Counted from the first letter of the stretch, positions 33,844 to 42,906 are shown. The stretch is 57,515 nucleotides of DNA from an uncultured Bacilli bacterium (GCA_947628495.1 CANRAC010000001.1:1-57515), one strand, 5' to 3'. Translations and numbers: made by a program. The notes: generated by a model not told the origin, from the sequence alone.

Positions 33844-34377
33844 CTATTTGCTATTATTTTTATACTCAATATAGCGAAGCTTGATACGATTTATTAGTCG
33901 TTGCAATTCGCTGCGACCTACATGCATTTCATTGATAATATACAACTTAGTTTTATCACTAAGAAATGCCTGTGCAACTGCATATTCAGCTGGTGACAGA
34001 GTAGACAAGAAACACTCAAAGTCCAAGTCATGCTCTAAGTCACCAATTTCTTCAATGTAAGTCTCAGTATCATAATTAGGTGAATCAACAATATATCGAT
34101 TATCACTTCGCAAAAACATGAGTATCTCATTTTGTATACATTTGCTTGCATAAGTAGCAAAGGTAAAGTTCATTTCAGGCTTATAAGTCCTGATTGCCTT
34201 TAATAGTCCAATAGCACCTTGTTGCTCACAATCATCACTAAAGATATTTAATTTAAAGAGGACATGCTTAATTAAGCCATAATTCTCAGTCAGAAGTTCT
34301 TCTTCGTTTTCGACTCTTTTCCAAGCGCCTAGCTTTTTGCTTCTCAGCTCTTTCGAGCTTCTTCTGCTGCTTGTCAT
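33844..34377 (-). CDS. sigma-70 family RNA polymerase sigma factor (sporulation-sigma-like)
   Basis: Region 2: GAIGLLKAIRTYKPEMNFTFATYASKCIQNEILMFLR. Region 4 HTH: LSPAEYAVAQAFLSDKTKLYIINEMHVGRSELQRLINRIK. Confidence 0.8.
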   Translation of the reverse strand: MTSSRRSSKELRSKKLGAWKRVENEEELLTENYGLIKHVLFKLNIFSDDCEQQGAIGLLKAIRTYKPEMNFTFATYASKCIQNEILMFLRSDNRYIVDSPNYDTETYIEEIGDLEHDLDFECFLSTLSPAEYAVAQAFLSDKTKLYIINEMHVGRSELQRLINRIKLRYIEYKNNSK

Positions 34378-34588
34378 GCGCCTTCCATTCCTTATTAAAT
34401 TCTCGTATTTCTTTACGAGTTGGAATAGTATCTTCTAAGTTATACATACATTGTGTATCGAAGCAAGCACCTTCATACAACACATCCTCTTTGGTCGTGC
34501 CCTCTGGGTAGATAACAAGACCATATTTACACATTTGACAATATTTCATTACCGGGTCAATGCAACGAGTAGGACGTTCTTCCGTCAT
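34286..34588 (-). CDS. Cys-rich small protein with a basic C-terminus
   Basis: Start at the ATG at 34588 after TAGGAGGTGCTT. Cys residues in CIDPVMKYCQMC...CFDTQC. The Lys/Arg tail overlaps the sigma gene start by 92 nt in another frame. Confidence 0.55.
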   Translation of the reverse strand: MTEERPTRCIDPVMKYCQMCKYGLVIYPEGTTKEDVLYEGACFDTQCMYNLEDTIPTRKEIREFNKEWKAHDKQQKKLERAEKQKARRLEKSRKRRRTSD

Positions 34589-34597
34589 AAGCACCTC

Positions 34598-34849
34598 CTA
34601 GTCCCAACCATAGCAACCACAATAATAACTATCATAGTCACTTAACGGTTTGTATTCAAAGAATGCTAAATTAAGATTACTATCTTCTATTCTGCCACAC
34701 TCAAAACAACGTGCTTTACGACGAATTAACAACTCTTTCATTGCTGAGTTAGTTCTAGCAATCTCACAACAATTACAAATAACACATACTGGGTTATTGT
34801 CTTGGTCTACAGCATTTGCTGTGTGTCCACATTTCATTAAAGGAACCAT
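34598..34849 (-). CDS. zinc-ribbon-like small protein
   Basis: 83 aa with KCGH...PVCVICNCC...CFECG...YYCGCYGWD. SD AGGAGGTTAAT-ATG. Confidence 0.55.
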   Translation of the reverse strand: MVPLMKCGHTANAVDQDNNPVCVICNCCEIARTNSAMKELLIRRKARCFECGRIEDSNLNLAFFEYKPLSDYDSYYCGCYGWD

Positions 34850-34858
34850 ATTAACCTC

Positions 34859-36118
34859 CTAATAAATTGATGTCGTCTCTTTGTCTGGACGAAACTTTTT
34901 AAGGCGAGGAAATCGAAGTGATTTTTTATCACCGCCTTTTGATTGACTTATATCGAAGTATGCAACTTCTATTATTTTGCCAATAAATGCTTCTGGATTG
35001 TCTGCTCCTCTTATCTCGTCAGACATACCAGCAACATTAACTCTTATTGTATGGTTATCGTCTTCACAGATAAATGAACCAATCATACCTTCATATTTAC
35101 CTTTACCCTCATTCCAGCCAACTATTCTCAAGTCCATTGTCTGAGTCTTCTTGTACTTTAAAAGTGCATCAGTTCTTTTACCACTTTGATAACCTGCATC
35201 TGGGTCGCGAAGAATAAGTCCTTCTCCACCTTGATTAACAATAAAATCTAATAACTCATCTAATTGCCAATTGTACTCTACGTTAGGGTATAACCACAAT
35301 TTGTCAAGTGTCTTTAATATTGTGCAATCTTTGCCAATATCTTCGTCAATATACTCATAAAGTATTCTACGGCGGTCTTCATAACTCAACTTAGGCTCAA
35401 TGATGTCATAGATATAATAGTGAAGTTGTGTTTTATCTGTAAACTTCCCATTTATTGCTCCAGAAGTTTTATTAAAGTCTCTAGAACCCGCATGGCCTAA
35501 AGTCATTACTTCACCATCAAAGATTAAATCAATAGGTGCCCAGTCCATATCAAAGTTAACCTTTAAAGGTTTGCCGGACCTAGCAAAGAATTCCCATTTA
35601 AGTTCGTCATTATTAAAGCGAGCAATGCATCTGTTGCCGTCTAGTTTCTCTTGAACATAATAATATTGTTCGTGAAACGAGTCAGGATACCTTTTAGCCA
35701 ACATTGGAGATATATTGGTTATCATATTATTCTTATTTGAATAACCTAATCTCCACTCTCGATTAACTAGTTGTCTTATAAAGTCTCGAGCCTCTACTGG
35801 AGTATACACGCATGCTAAGAATATGTCGTCATATGTGTTTGACAATGTTTTTAAGAAATACTCAATGAACCCTTTTATCGAGTAATTGTCATAAGTCCCA
35901 CGATAGATATTAGTATCATAATCTATATATGTGAAACCTACTTTATGCCTACCAGCGAGGACCTCAAAACAATAATCAAGGTCCTCTAGCAGGCCGGGAC
36001 ACGAAGAGAACCTACAAGTGAAGTTTTTCACCAAGTCCTCTTTTGCTAATTTGCCGGAAGTTCTCTCTAGGTCAATAAATAGTTCTTCTATGAAATTACA
36101 ACGTTCTACTAAGTCCAT
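34859..36118 (-). CDS. ATP-dependent DNA ligase
   Basis: Motif I VQEKLDGNRC, motif III LIFDGEVM, motif IV GGEGLILRD, motif V ALLKYKK. Confidence 0.9.
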   Translation of the reverse strand: MDLVERCNFIEELFIDLERTSGKLAKEDLVKNFTCRFSSCPGLLEDLDYCFEVLAGRHKVGFTYIDYDTNIYRGTYDNYSIKGFIEYFLKTLSNTYDDIFLACVYTPVEARDFIRQLVNREWRLGYSNKNNMITNISPMLAKRYPDSFHEQYYYVQEKLDGNRCIARFNNDELKWEFFARSGKPLKVNFDMDWAPIDLIFDGEVMTLGHAGSRDFNKTSGAINGKFTDKTQLHYYIYDIIEPKLSYEDRRRILYEYIDEDIGKDCTILKTLDKLWLYPNVEYNWQLDELLDFIVNQGGEGLILRDPDAGYQSGKRTDALLKYKKTQTMDLRIVGWNEGKGKYEGMIGSFICEDDNHTIRVNVAGMSDEIRGADNPEAFIGKIIEVAYFDISQSKGGDKKSLRFPRLKKFRPDKETTSIY

Positions 36119-36130
36119 TTTTACCTCCTA

Positions 36131-36709
36131 CTACTTAGTGTTTAAATATGCGAAATACAACAATTCGCCAGTTATCTCGTTAATAGACAACCTATTAGAC
36201 CAATCATAAATTGCAAAGTTATATTTATTTGTATTTGCCTGAACAACAGACATAGCAAAATCATATACTTTAGACAATTCTTTATGTCGTTCTAATGCAA
36301 CAGGATTGTCGTCACCACGAGCATTCATTGCCTCTTCAGCATTCTTTGTTCTACAATAAACAATAAATATTCTTTTATTATACTTTTTAATAAAGTCAAT
36401 AAGTTTATTTATTGTTGTAACTGACTTGAAATTATCAAAGATACGATAAACTATATCACTGATAGGTCCTCGGTCCATAATGTGTATGTCACCATCAGTT
36501 GCCATCATTTTCAATCTGTGATATAATTCTTTTTCTGTTACCCTATCTCGCTTTGCCGGATGAGTGGACACCCTGGTCTCAGCAACCGGGTCTATTATTG
36601 TTTGCCTGCTTATATTTAATGCAGCTCTTTTCTCTTCTAGTGCTTTATATAAGTGATTTGCTAAAGTTGTTTTACCTGAACCATCTGGTCCTTCTAAATA
36701 AATAATCAT
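36131..36709 (-). CDS. tmk: thymidylate (dNMP) kinase
   Basis: P-loop MIIYLEGPDGSGKTTL and the DR motif MDRGPISDIVY. Confidence 0.75.
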   Translation of the reverse strand: MIIYLEGPDGSGKTTLANHLYKALEEKRAALNISRQTIIDPVAETRVSTHPAKRDRVTEKELYHRLKMMATDGDIHIMDRGPISDIVYRIFDNFKSVTTINKLIDFIKKYNKRIFIVYCRTKNAEEAMNARGDDNPVALERHKELSKVYDFAMSVVQANTNKYNFAIYDWSNRLSINEITGELLYFAYLNTK

Positions 36710-36883
36710 TTAGTCGCCTCCATTCATAAACATAGTGATTTCTGTAATTAACCTCATAGCCTTAATGACAATCATAACTACACACATAACAGTTAGAATG
36801 ATTGCTAACCATAAAGGCAAGAAGATTGCCTGAGACGCAAATAGCGTCCAGATAAAGAAAATAAGAATACCATATGCTATCAT
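36710..36883 (-). CDS. small two-TM peptide (57 aa), not in the ORF track
   Basis: Product MIAYGILIFFIWTLFASQAIFLPLWLAIILTVMCVVMIVIKAMRLITEITMFMNGGD. SD AAGGAGGATGAAGC-ATG. Its stop abuts the tmk ATG (TAAATG). Confidence 0.6.
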   Translation of the reverse strand: MIAYGILIFFIWTLFASQAIFLPLWLAIILTVMCVVMIVIKAMRLITEITMFMNGGD

Positions 36884-37035
36884 GCTTCATCCTCCTTCGA
36901 CAAAAATAATCTTATACCAAATATCACTGCATTAACTATCACTAGCAAACCAGCGACAAGAGATATAACAACTTTTAACCAGATTGGGGCACTGGTAAAC
37001 CAAGTTAAGATTAAAATCAAAATGTATGCTATCAT
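36880..37035 (-). CDS. small two-TM peptide (51 aa), paralogue of the next gene, not in the ORF track
   Basis: Product MIAYILILILTWFTSAPIWLKVVISLVAGLLVIVNAVIFGIRLFLSKEDEA. SD GGAGGCAAA-ATG. ATGA overlaps on both sides. Confidence 0.6.
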   Translation of the reverse strand: MIAYILILILTWFTSAPIWLKVVISLVAGLLVIVNAVIFGIRLFLSKEDEA

Positions 37036-37814
37036 TTTGCCTCCTTACTATAAAATTTTGTTACTAGACTATTCTCGAGTCTATCATACTTGACTGGGTA
37101 CAAGAGACCCAGCTGATTAGCCCATATATCATTAGTCAACTGAATATAATCTTCAGTGTTCCATTTGTCTTTGTGCAACTGACTGAAGTATATTCGAGTA
37201 GCTCCTTGCTCGATTAGTTTATGCAAACAATCAAAACAAGGCTCTAACAAAGAGAGAACTGTATATGGACCATATTTGTTATCTATCTCGTCTTTGTATT
37301 CTAAGTATCTAATATATCTCATTAGCACTTCTTCGGCATGTAGCATCTCACCATCAATCTCTTGATTAAACGAATATGCAACTACTTTATAACCTGAACA
37401 TATAAGACAAGAGGTTTTAATATCGGGGTCAGTAGAGTATTTAGCAACTTCGATAAGGTCTTTATAGTTATCTGACAGTATGTCATAAGTTTTATCGAGT
37501 ACACCAAACCCTATGTCTATCTCTGGAACAAATATAACCGGTAGGCCATGTTCTCGTGCCGACCGAATTAGCTGCAGCTTATGTGACTTCCAGGTCGGTT
37601 GTGATTTGTAGTTTTTCATTGTTAAAACTAAGAACTGTGAATATGAATCAAGAGCATCGTCCCAAAACTCAACAATTTTACCCATTGCTGTGTTTTGGTC
37701 ACTAATGACATTATCTTCTGTCAAGCGAAGTTTGTCATTTTTATTAAAGTTATAATAATTACCATAATAGAATGCATCAATAACTTTTGTTGCGTTGTTA
37801 ATTCTCAAGCCCAT
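37032..37814 (-). CDS. dCMP/cytidine deaminase-fold protein with an ~140-aa N-terminal extension
   Basis: Zn-binding and catalytic motifs LHAEE...LEPCFDCLHKL (HAE + PCxxC). Start placed at the ATG at 37814 (MGLRIN) after GTGGAGGAGCTAT. Confidence 0.75.
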   Translation of the reverse strand: MGLRINNATKVIDAFYYGNYYNFNKNDKLRLTEDNVISDQNTAMGKIVEFWDDALDSYSQFLVLTMKNYKSQPTWKSHKLQLIRSAREHGLPVIFVPEIDIGFGVLDKTYDILSDNYKDLIEVAKYSTDPDIKTSCLICSGYKVVAYSFNQEIDGEMLHAEEVLMRYIRYLEYKDEIDNKYGPYTVLSLLEPCFDCLHKLIEQGATRIYFSQLHKDKWNTEDYIQLTNDIWANQLGLLYPVKYDRLENSLVTKFYSKEAK

Positions 37815-38622
37815 ATAGCTCCTCCACTTTATGCTCACTTCTCCATTTCAACAATCTACGATATAACGACAATGGTAGATAGTTTGGTGTATAGTTTATT
37901 ATTTGGTCAATCTCACGCTCGCTAAACGTTTTACGTAATAACGCTTTGGCACAGGACAATAGATTACGATACTCTAAGCTCTCTTCATTTGGTGCTTCTT
38001 CAGCAGGTATTATATCTGACATAAATAAAGCTTTACCATCAGCATCTACTGCCAATATTGTGTCTAGTGACTGAACATTGTCATTTGACATATTTAATCT
38101 TTTACGATTAAACCTTAAGTCACACAAAACAGAATTGTATATTGACTTTTTCAAATAGGACAAATTACCCATATAAATAGTGCCCTTCTTGTAGAGAGAC
38201 AATAAGGTTATGTAAACCTCACTCAATGCATCGCTGAAGGTCCAGTCGAATGAGTGAGAAATATCTGATGCAACTTTCTTGCACCAATTGTCCTTAGTAT
38301 CTAACCATTGTTCAAATGGTGGATTGACAAACACGTTTGTGTATTTATACGATTTTGCAGTATCACACTTAAATAAAAATAGTTCCCAGGCCTTGCCGAG
38401 CTCTTCTGCCGATACCTCAATTCCGCTATATGAGTTACGTTTAATCAAATAAAGATTAAGAACCTGCATTCTTGGCCCATTCTTTATTGACTCTTTTAGT
38501 GAGAACAAATAACCAATTATTGCATCATTGCTCACTATATCAGCATAATTATCACGCTCCCAGTCCTGGAAACTATTTACATTATTAAGTATGAATTGTT
38601 TAATATAAAACTTATTTTTCAT
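37798..38622 (-). CDS. hypothetical protein, possibly a divergent sigma-like factor
   Basis: 274 aa. ALSEVYITLLSLYKKG...NLSYLKKSIYNSVLCDLRFNRKRL resembles sigma region 2. This is a weak, by-eye call. Confidence 0.25.
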   Translation of the reverse strand: MKNKFYIKQFILNNVNSFQDWERDNYADIVSNDAIIGYLFSLKESIKNGPRMQVLNLYLIKRNSYSGIEVSAEELGKAWELFLFKCDTAKSYKYTNVFVNPPFEQWLDTKDNWCKKVASDISHSFDWTFSDALSEVYITLLSLYKKGTIYMGNLSYLKKSIYNSVLCDLRFNRKRLNMSNDNVQSLDTILAVDADGKALFMSDIIPAEEAPNEESLEYRNLLSCAKALLRKTFSEREIDQIINYTPNYLPLSLYRRLLKWRSEHKVEELYGLEN

Positions 38623-38643
38623 TTACCCCTCCTATTCGGTTTA

Positions 38644-38886
38644 TTACAATTTACTTATTTGACCATTCTCTTTATAAACAAGAAAATTGTCTACAATTGC
38701 ATTGACTTTGTTTCTGACGACATCATCATTTGCATAAAGATACATAAATGCCCTGACGGCAGCGCTCTGACACTTTGACTTACCGCTCTTTGTTAAAGCA
38801 ATCAAGAAGTTCGCTTTCTCCAGCTCATTTACATACATATTCCACTTCTTTGAGTGTTCTGTCATTGAATTTACTTTTCTAGGCAT
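38644..38886 (-). CDS. hypothetical small protein
   Basis: 80-aa ORF with SD TAGGAGGTTGA-ATG. Confidence 0.55.
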   Translation of the reverse strand: MPRKVNSMTEHSKKWNMYVNELEKANFLIALTKSGKSKCQSAAVRAFMYLYANDDVVRNKVNAIVDNFLVYKENGQISKL

Positions 38887-38990
38887 TCAACCTCCTATAG
38901 TTGTTGTTTTTAATTTTTAAGACATCCTAAAAATTAGCATTTGTATTAGGGTCCTAAGTGGACCCTAATACTCTTGACTAATTTAATTAT

Positions 38991-39680
38991 TTACATATCT
39001 TCGTCTTCAGCTTGGCTAGCACGCAATGCAGCAAGAAGTTTTTCAGCTTTGGTTAATTCATTAGCTTTTCTCTTCTCAGCCCTGATTGCTTTTTCTTCGT
39101 CAGTTAATGGACCACGTTTAGCACGAGGAGCATTAGCTTTGTTCTCTTGAGCAATAGCAATCAATTCATTGTAACGATTGTATTCTTGTTCAGAGAACAT
39201 GTCCATAAAGCTCTTAGGACCTGCAACACTTGCAGCAACTGGAGCACCAGTTTTAAGTGCATTGATGTATGCTTCCAATTCTTCAACTGTCATGTCTTCT
39301 GGTTTCTTTTTCTTACCAGCAGCTTTAGTTGCTTTGAAAGCTTCTACTGCACCATTAACAAGAGTTTCATACTCTTCAGCTTGGTCAGCATCTAGGTATT
39401 TAACAATTGCTTGTTTAACACCACTAGTGCCTAAAATACGAGGAGCAGTAGTTTTTACTTCAACTGTTACTTCACCATCTGCTTGAGTAGCTTCAAACAA
39501 TTCTTCACTGAAGTATTGTCTGTTAGTTACATTACCCTTAGGTAATTTAATCCAGTGTTTGCCATCTGGATGCTTGTCATTTTTCTTAGAAGTTTCAACC
39601 CATACAGGTACTTCAACTGGTACAGTACCGTCACAAGCGTCAAAGTAGTACTTGTCACCGTTTTTAATAATTTTTGCCAT
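38991..39680 (-). CDS. hypothetical protein (Ala/Lys/Glu-rich C-terminal half)
   Basis: Start placed at the ATG at 39680 (MAKIIKNG) after AAAGGAGAAAAATT. The track start is a TTG with no SD. Followed by an 11-bp hairpin at about 38947-38971. Confidence 0.6.
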   Translation of the reverse strand: MAKIIKNGDKYYFDACDGTVPVEVPVWVETSKKNDKHPDGKHWIKLPKGNVTNRQYFSEELFEATQADGEVTVEVKTTAPRILGTSGVKQAIVKYLDADQAEEYETLVNGAVEAFKATKAAGKKKKPEDMTVEELEAYINALKTGAPVAASVAGPKSFMDMFSEQEYNRYNELIAIAQENKANAPRAKRGPLTDEEKAIRAEKRKANELTKAEKLLAALRASQAEDEDM

Positions 39681-39800
39681 AATTTTTCTCCTTTTACTTT
39701 TTGACAAATTTTATTTGACAAATAACTAATTAGTCAGAGCTGGATGATAGCGGAACATCCATTTTTAAACTCTTTAGCGGATGACCAATATTTTTATTTA

Positions 39801-39818
39801 TCATATTATATTATATTC
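39801..39818 (-). promoter_or_regulatory. promoter-like GAATATAATATAATATGA (double TATAAT)
   Basis: 18-mer identical to 44991-45008 on the other strand. Centred between the 9-bp inverted repeats 39746-39754 and 39864-39872. Confidence 0.5.
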
Positions 39819-39879
39819 ATTTTAGAATAAAATTATTCACTATTTTATGAACATATTTTACTCTCCGCTATCTTTTTAT

Positions 39880-40356
39880 CTAGTCGCGAGATGGTAAGTC
39901 GTTTTGTGCGAGTATCTTGCGCATTGTTCTACGAACATAATTATAAATCTCATAGAACCTGTCCTCGTTCATAACGTCAGTTAGCATCTGCGACCCAACA
40001 AAGAGTATACCTGGTGTGAGCGTAGCAGTAAAGTGATATGTGTCTGTGGTTAAATACACGTCCAACATTACTTTTATATCGCCACCAGGTCCTTCATACT
40101 GGTTAGTATAAGTCTGAATAGCACCGTCAGCAACCGACTTCAACAAAACAAATCGACGAGATTTCATGGTCGCTATAACGTCATCCGGCTTCAGCTTTAG
40201 AACCGGCGGATGTTTCGACATGAAATCTGAAAAAGATAATCGAGCTCCATCGCTTGCCGGACGGTCAGGACTGGTAGAACTAGCAGAAGTTGTGTCTTTT
40301 TCTTTGTCAACTACTCCATCAGATATATTTAAAGAACTAATTTCTTTGCTTTTCAT
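39880..40356 (-). CDS. hypothetical protein
   Basis: 158-aa ORF with SD AAAGGAGGTGATTAA-ATG. Confidence 0.6.
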   Translation of the reverse strand: MKSKEISSLNISDGVVDKEKDTTSASSTSPDRPASDGARLSFSDFMSKHPPVLKLKPDDVIATMKSRRFVLLKSVADGAIQTYTNQYEGPGGDIKVMLDVYLTTDTYHFTATLTPGILFVGSQMLTDVMNEDRFYEIYNYVRRTMRKILAQNDLPSRD

Positions 40357-40701
40357 TTAATCACCTCCTTTTAAACCTTTTTCTCTTGCGAGCTGCTTGT
40401 GCCTGTAATAAGTCCGCAAGCTTATCCCAGCAGCATCCGCAGCCTCTTGGTCCTTTTTAGTCTGAGTGATATTACACTCTTCTAAATACTTCAAGAATAA
40501 CTCATCTTCTTCAGCAAAGATATCGTCATGCTTCTCGAACACATCAATCAAAACAAAGTTTGGTCTTTTATGAGAGATACTAGAGTGAGCTGAGTTATTC
40601 GTATAACGACGCAGTTCCCGCACGCTACAGCCCACATCTATCAGCATCTCATCTCTGTCATACACAGCAATCAAATACCTATCTTTGTATAACCCCTTCA
40701 T
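40357..40701 (-). CDS. small protein with a C-terminal helix-turn-helix
   Basis: 114 aa. AADAAGISLRTYYRHKQLAREKG looks like an HTH. Confidence 0.4.
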   Translation of the reverse strand: MKGLYKDRYLIAVYDRDEMLIDVGCSVRELRRYTNNSAHSSISHKRPNFVLIDVFEKHDDIFAEEDELFLKYLEECNITQTKKDQEAADAAGISLRTYYRHKQLAREKGLKGGD

Positions 40702-40727
40702 AATGCTTCTCCTCTTTTGTCTATGTA

Positions 40728-41270
40728 CTAGTCATCTTGTAGATAGGACAGACAAGTTGGTCCTATCCCGAGCTCGACAGACTCAGGTGTAGTTAGTTTT
40801 CTACCGCAACAAGCACATCTACCAGACATATAAAAGTGACAAGTATCTGGCCACGGTTGCTCTGGGTTCTTGACTATTTGCAAGAATGCACTGAGCATCT
40901 TAAGGTCCATACCTTTATGCGCACTTGCCCACGTTATATTACCTGTATCGTTGTAGATTAAACCAATGTAGCGATAATCGTTCTCATTATCTGGTCCATA
41001 TAGACGATAGATAAGATACCTCGAACAAATATTTTCATTCTTACGTTGATATATCTTATAAGTATATCTTTGATTTACCTTAGTTGACTCTATTGTAAAC
41101 GTGGCATTGCCGGCGAACAAATAACGCCAGATGTCGGCTTTCTTTTTCTTCAATGGTAAGTTTAACTCTTTTAGAGCAAGACTTATATGCACAAGTCCTG
41201 TCTCCTGTGCCAACTGCACATACCTTGCTGTTGTTTCCTCGGGTGTTTCTTTGTGTTCTGTGTTACTCAT
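40728..41270 (-). CDS. protein with a C-terminal CxxCGRxLT...GIGPxC zinc motif (DUF6011-like)
   Basis: SGRCACCGRKLTTPESVELGIGPTCLSY. Start placed at the ATG at 41270 (MSNTEHK) after GAGGAGGAGAAA. Confidence 0.5.
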   Translation of the reverse strand: MSNTEHKETPEETTARYVQLAQETGLVHISLALKELNLPLKKKKADIWRYLFAGNATFTIESTKVNQRYTYKIYQRKNENICSRYLIYRLYGPDNENDYRYIGLIYNDTGNITWASAHKGMDLKMLSAFLQIVKNPEQPWPDTCHFYMSGRCACCGRKLTTPESVELGIGPTCLSYLQDD

Positions 41271-41649
41271 TTTCTCCTCCTCTGTTTTCTTCGTCATATT
41301 CAAGAGTTATATCTTGACTTATAGAACTGCGGAGCTGTGCCAATAGCAACTCAGCTTGTTCTATCTCGCTCTCTCGCTCCTCTTTTGCTCTTTGTGGGTC
41401 AAACGATGTAGGCTGAGCAATTATTCTGTTCTTCTGAGATAGTTCTCTATTTATTCTATCTATCTCGTCTTGTGGCGTTGCAACCCAATTATCTGTATTC
41501 TTGTCACGGGTCCATTTACTTCGCAACGTCCCATTCTGATTGTACTTAATATATGTTCTAGCATTGTCAAACAAGTTAGTAGTTAATTCTTTTGGCAGCT
41601 CTGAGCTGGCTACCTCTTCTCTGAACTCTGTGTTATTAGATAAGGTCAT
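41263..41649 (-). CDS. hypothetical protein
   Basis: ORF continues to 41658. The ATG at 41649 has better spacing to AAGGAG, so either start is possible. Confidence 0.5.
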   Translation of the reverse strand: MTLSNNTEFREEVASSELPKELTTNLFDNARTYIKYNQNGTLRSKWTRDKNTDNWVATPQDEIDRINRELSQKNRIIAQPTSFDPQRAKEERESEIEQAELLLAQLRSSISQDITLEYDEENRGGENE

Positions 41650-41938
41650 CTTCTTCATCTCCTTCTATAATATTATATGCAACAAGTGCATCATATATGT
41701 CACTATAATGTGAACTTAGCAACGCCTCATGTGACTCATAGACACTAGCAGCAGGGAAGTATTCTATAGGTTTCGGAGCATTCATAATACTTGTTGCATT
41801 CACATACATGACAACAATAATATCATACGACTGTGGTATTTCTTCACCATCGCGTAGGAACTGATAGATTTCACCAAATAGCAAGTGTTGATTTTTATAG
41901 AGATTCTCAACTAACTCTTTCTTCTGTTGATTAGTCAT
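41636..41938 (-). CDS. hypothetical protein
   Basis: 100-aa ORF with SD AAAGGAGGGTTAAT-ATG. Confidence 0.6.
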   Translation of the reverse strand: MTNQQKKELVENLYKNQHLLFGEIYQFLRDGEEIPQSYDIIVVMYVNATSIMNAPKPIEYFPAASVYESHEALLSSHYSDIYDALVAYNIIEGDEEDDLI

Positions 41939-41955
41939 ATTAACCCTCCTTTTAA

Positions 41956-42906
41956 CTAATCCCTGTCATTATCGAAAATCGCCTTGTCGCGCAACCAAAG
42001 AGTCATGAACTCTTCTACGGCTTGGTCGACCTGACCCATGTCAACCTTTTCTCTAGCCTCTCTGTTAATGGCAGCTAGAGACTTGTGTGCATTGAGTGGG
42101 TCCTCTAAGAGTTTGCTCTTGATTGCCTCCTGTACTTTACTTATCTCTAAGTCCCGCACTCTAGCTCTCATGTTCGTAAACTCCTTAGAAGATATCACCT
42201 GCATATACTTCTCTTGCTGCAACTCGATAACCTTCGAAGCATACTCAGGCATAAACTCACTGGAGCCAGGATGATGTTCTAAATTGAATGTAAACTCATT
42301 GTCTAGTAATTCGTCACAAACAATTAAATAATCTTCCTTCCAGTGCTTATAGGTCCAACGAAGGTAATCTTCTTCGCGGACATGATACAACCGACAAAAT
42401 AAATCTAAGTAAGTAGTTGCCCTTGTCAGAAATATCTCTTGCTTAAAGAGTTGCCCATCTTCTTCTGTAAATTGAGTGGGAGCGGCAAGGTCCTGCAATG
42501 CCTCAAACCTATAACGCTCTAAGTCCACACTATAACCTTTTATATGCTTGATGGTCCGCTCCTTCTTAACCCCATGTATAACAACAGAATAATAACCCTC
42601 ACGCACCTGGTCCTCTTTTATAGCAGGCATAAAAATCGAGTTTATATCTTGCTCTATAACAAGAGAATTATATGTTATCTCTCGGTTTAAAAGACGGGCT
42701 CGCAATGCAGCGTAGATAGCACGTGGTGATTTTTGCACTCCGTATGTGGCAATACGGTGTGTGCCCTTATCAGACCGTACTTTGGAGTTGGGTCCTCGAG
42801 TTTTGCCCTTATCGGACCTTGATTTTCTACCATTCGATAGAACTCCTAAGCCCTCTAGCTCCTTAAGCAATTCTTGTTTTGATTTGTCGTTAGGATTTGT
42901 GTCCAT
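41956..42906 (-). CDS. hypothetical protein with a basic N-terminal RSDKG repeat (possible DNA binding)
   Basis: 316 aa. GRKSRSDKGKTRGPNSKVRSDKGTHR. SD AAAGGAGACTGA-ATG. First gene after a 400-bp intergenic region. Confidence 0.5.
   Translation of the reverse strand: MDTNPNDKSKQELLKELEGLGVLSNGRKSRSDKGKTRGPNSKVRSDKGTHRIATYGVQKSPRAIYAALRARLLNREITYNSLVIEQDINSIFMPAIKEDQVREGYYSVVIHGVKKERTIKHIKGYSVDLERYRFEALQDLAAPTQFTEEDGQLFKQEIFLTRATTYLDLFCRLYHVREEDYLRWTYKHWKEDYLIVCDELLDNEFTFNLEHHPGSSEFMPEYASKVIELQQEKYMQVISSKEFTNMRARVRDLEISKVQEAIKSKLLEDPLNAHKSLAAINREAREKVDMGQVDQAVEEFMTLWLRDKAIFDNDRD

Noticed and set aside
34286-34377. Programmed frameshift fusing the Cys-rich ORF to the sigma factor across their 92-nt overlap.
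   Set aside because: The sigma ORF lies in the +1 frame relative to the upstream ORF and has its own ATG with a GGAAGG SD-like sequence. I saw no slippery heptamer or stimulatory structure. Independent initiation is simpler.
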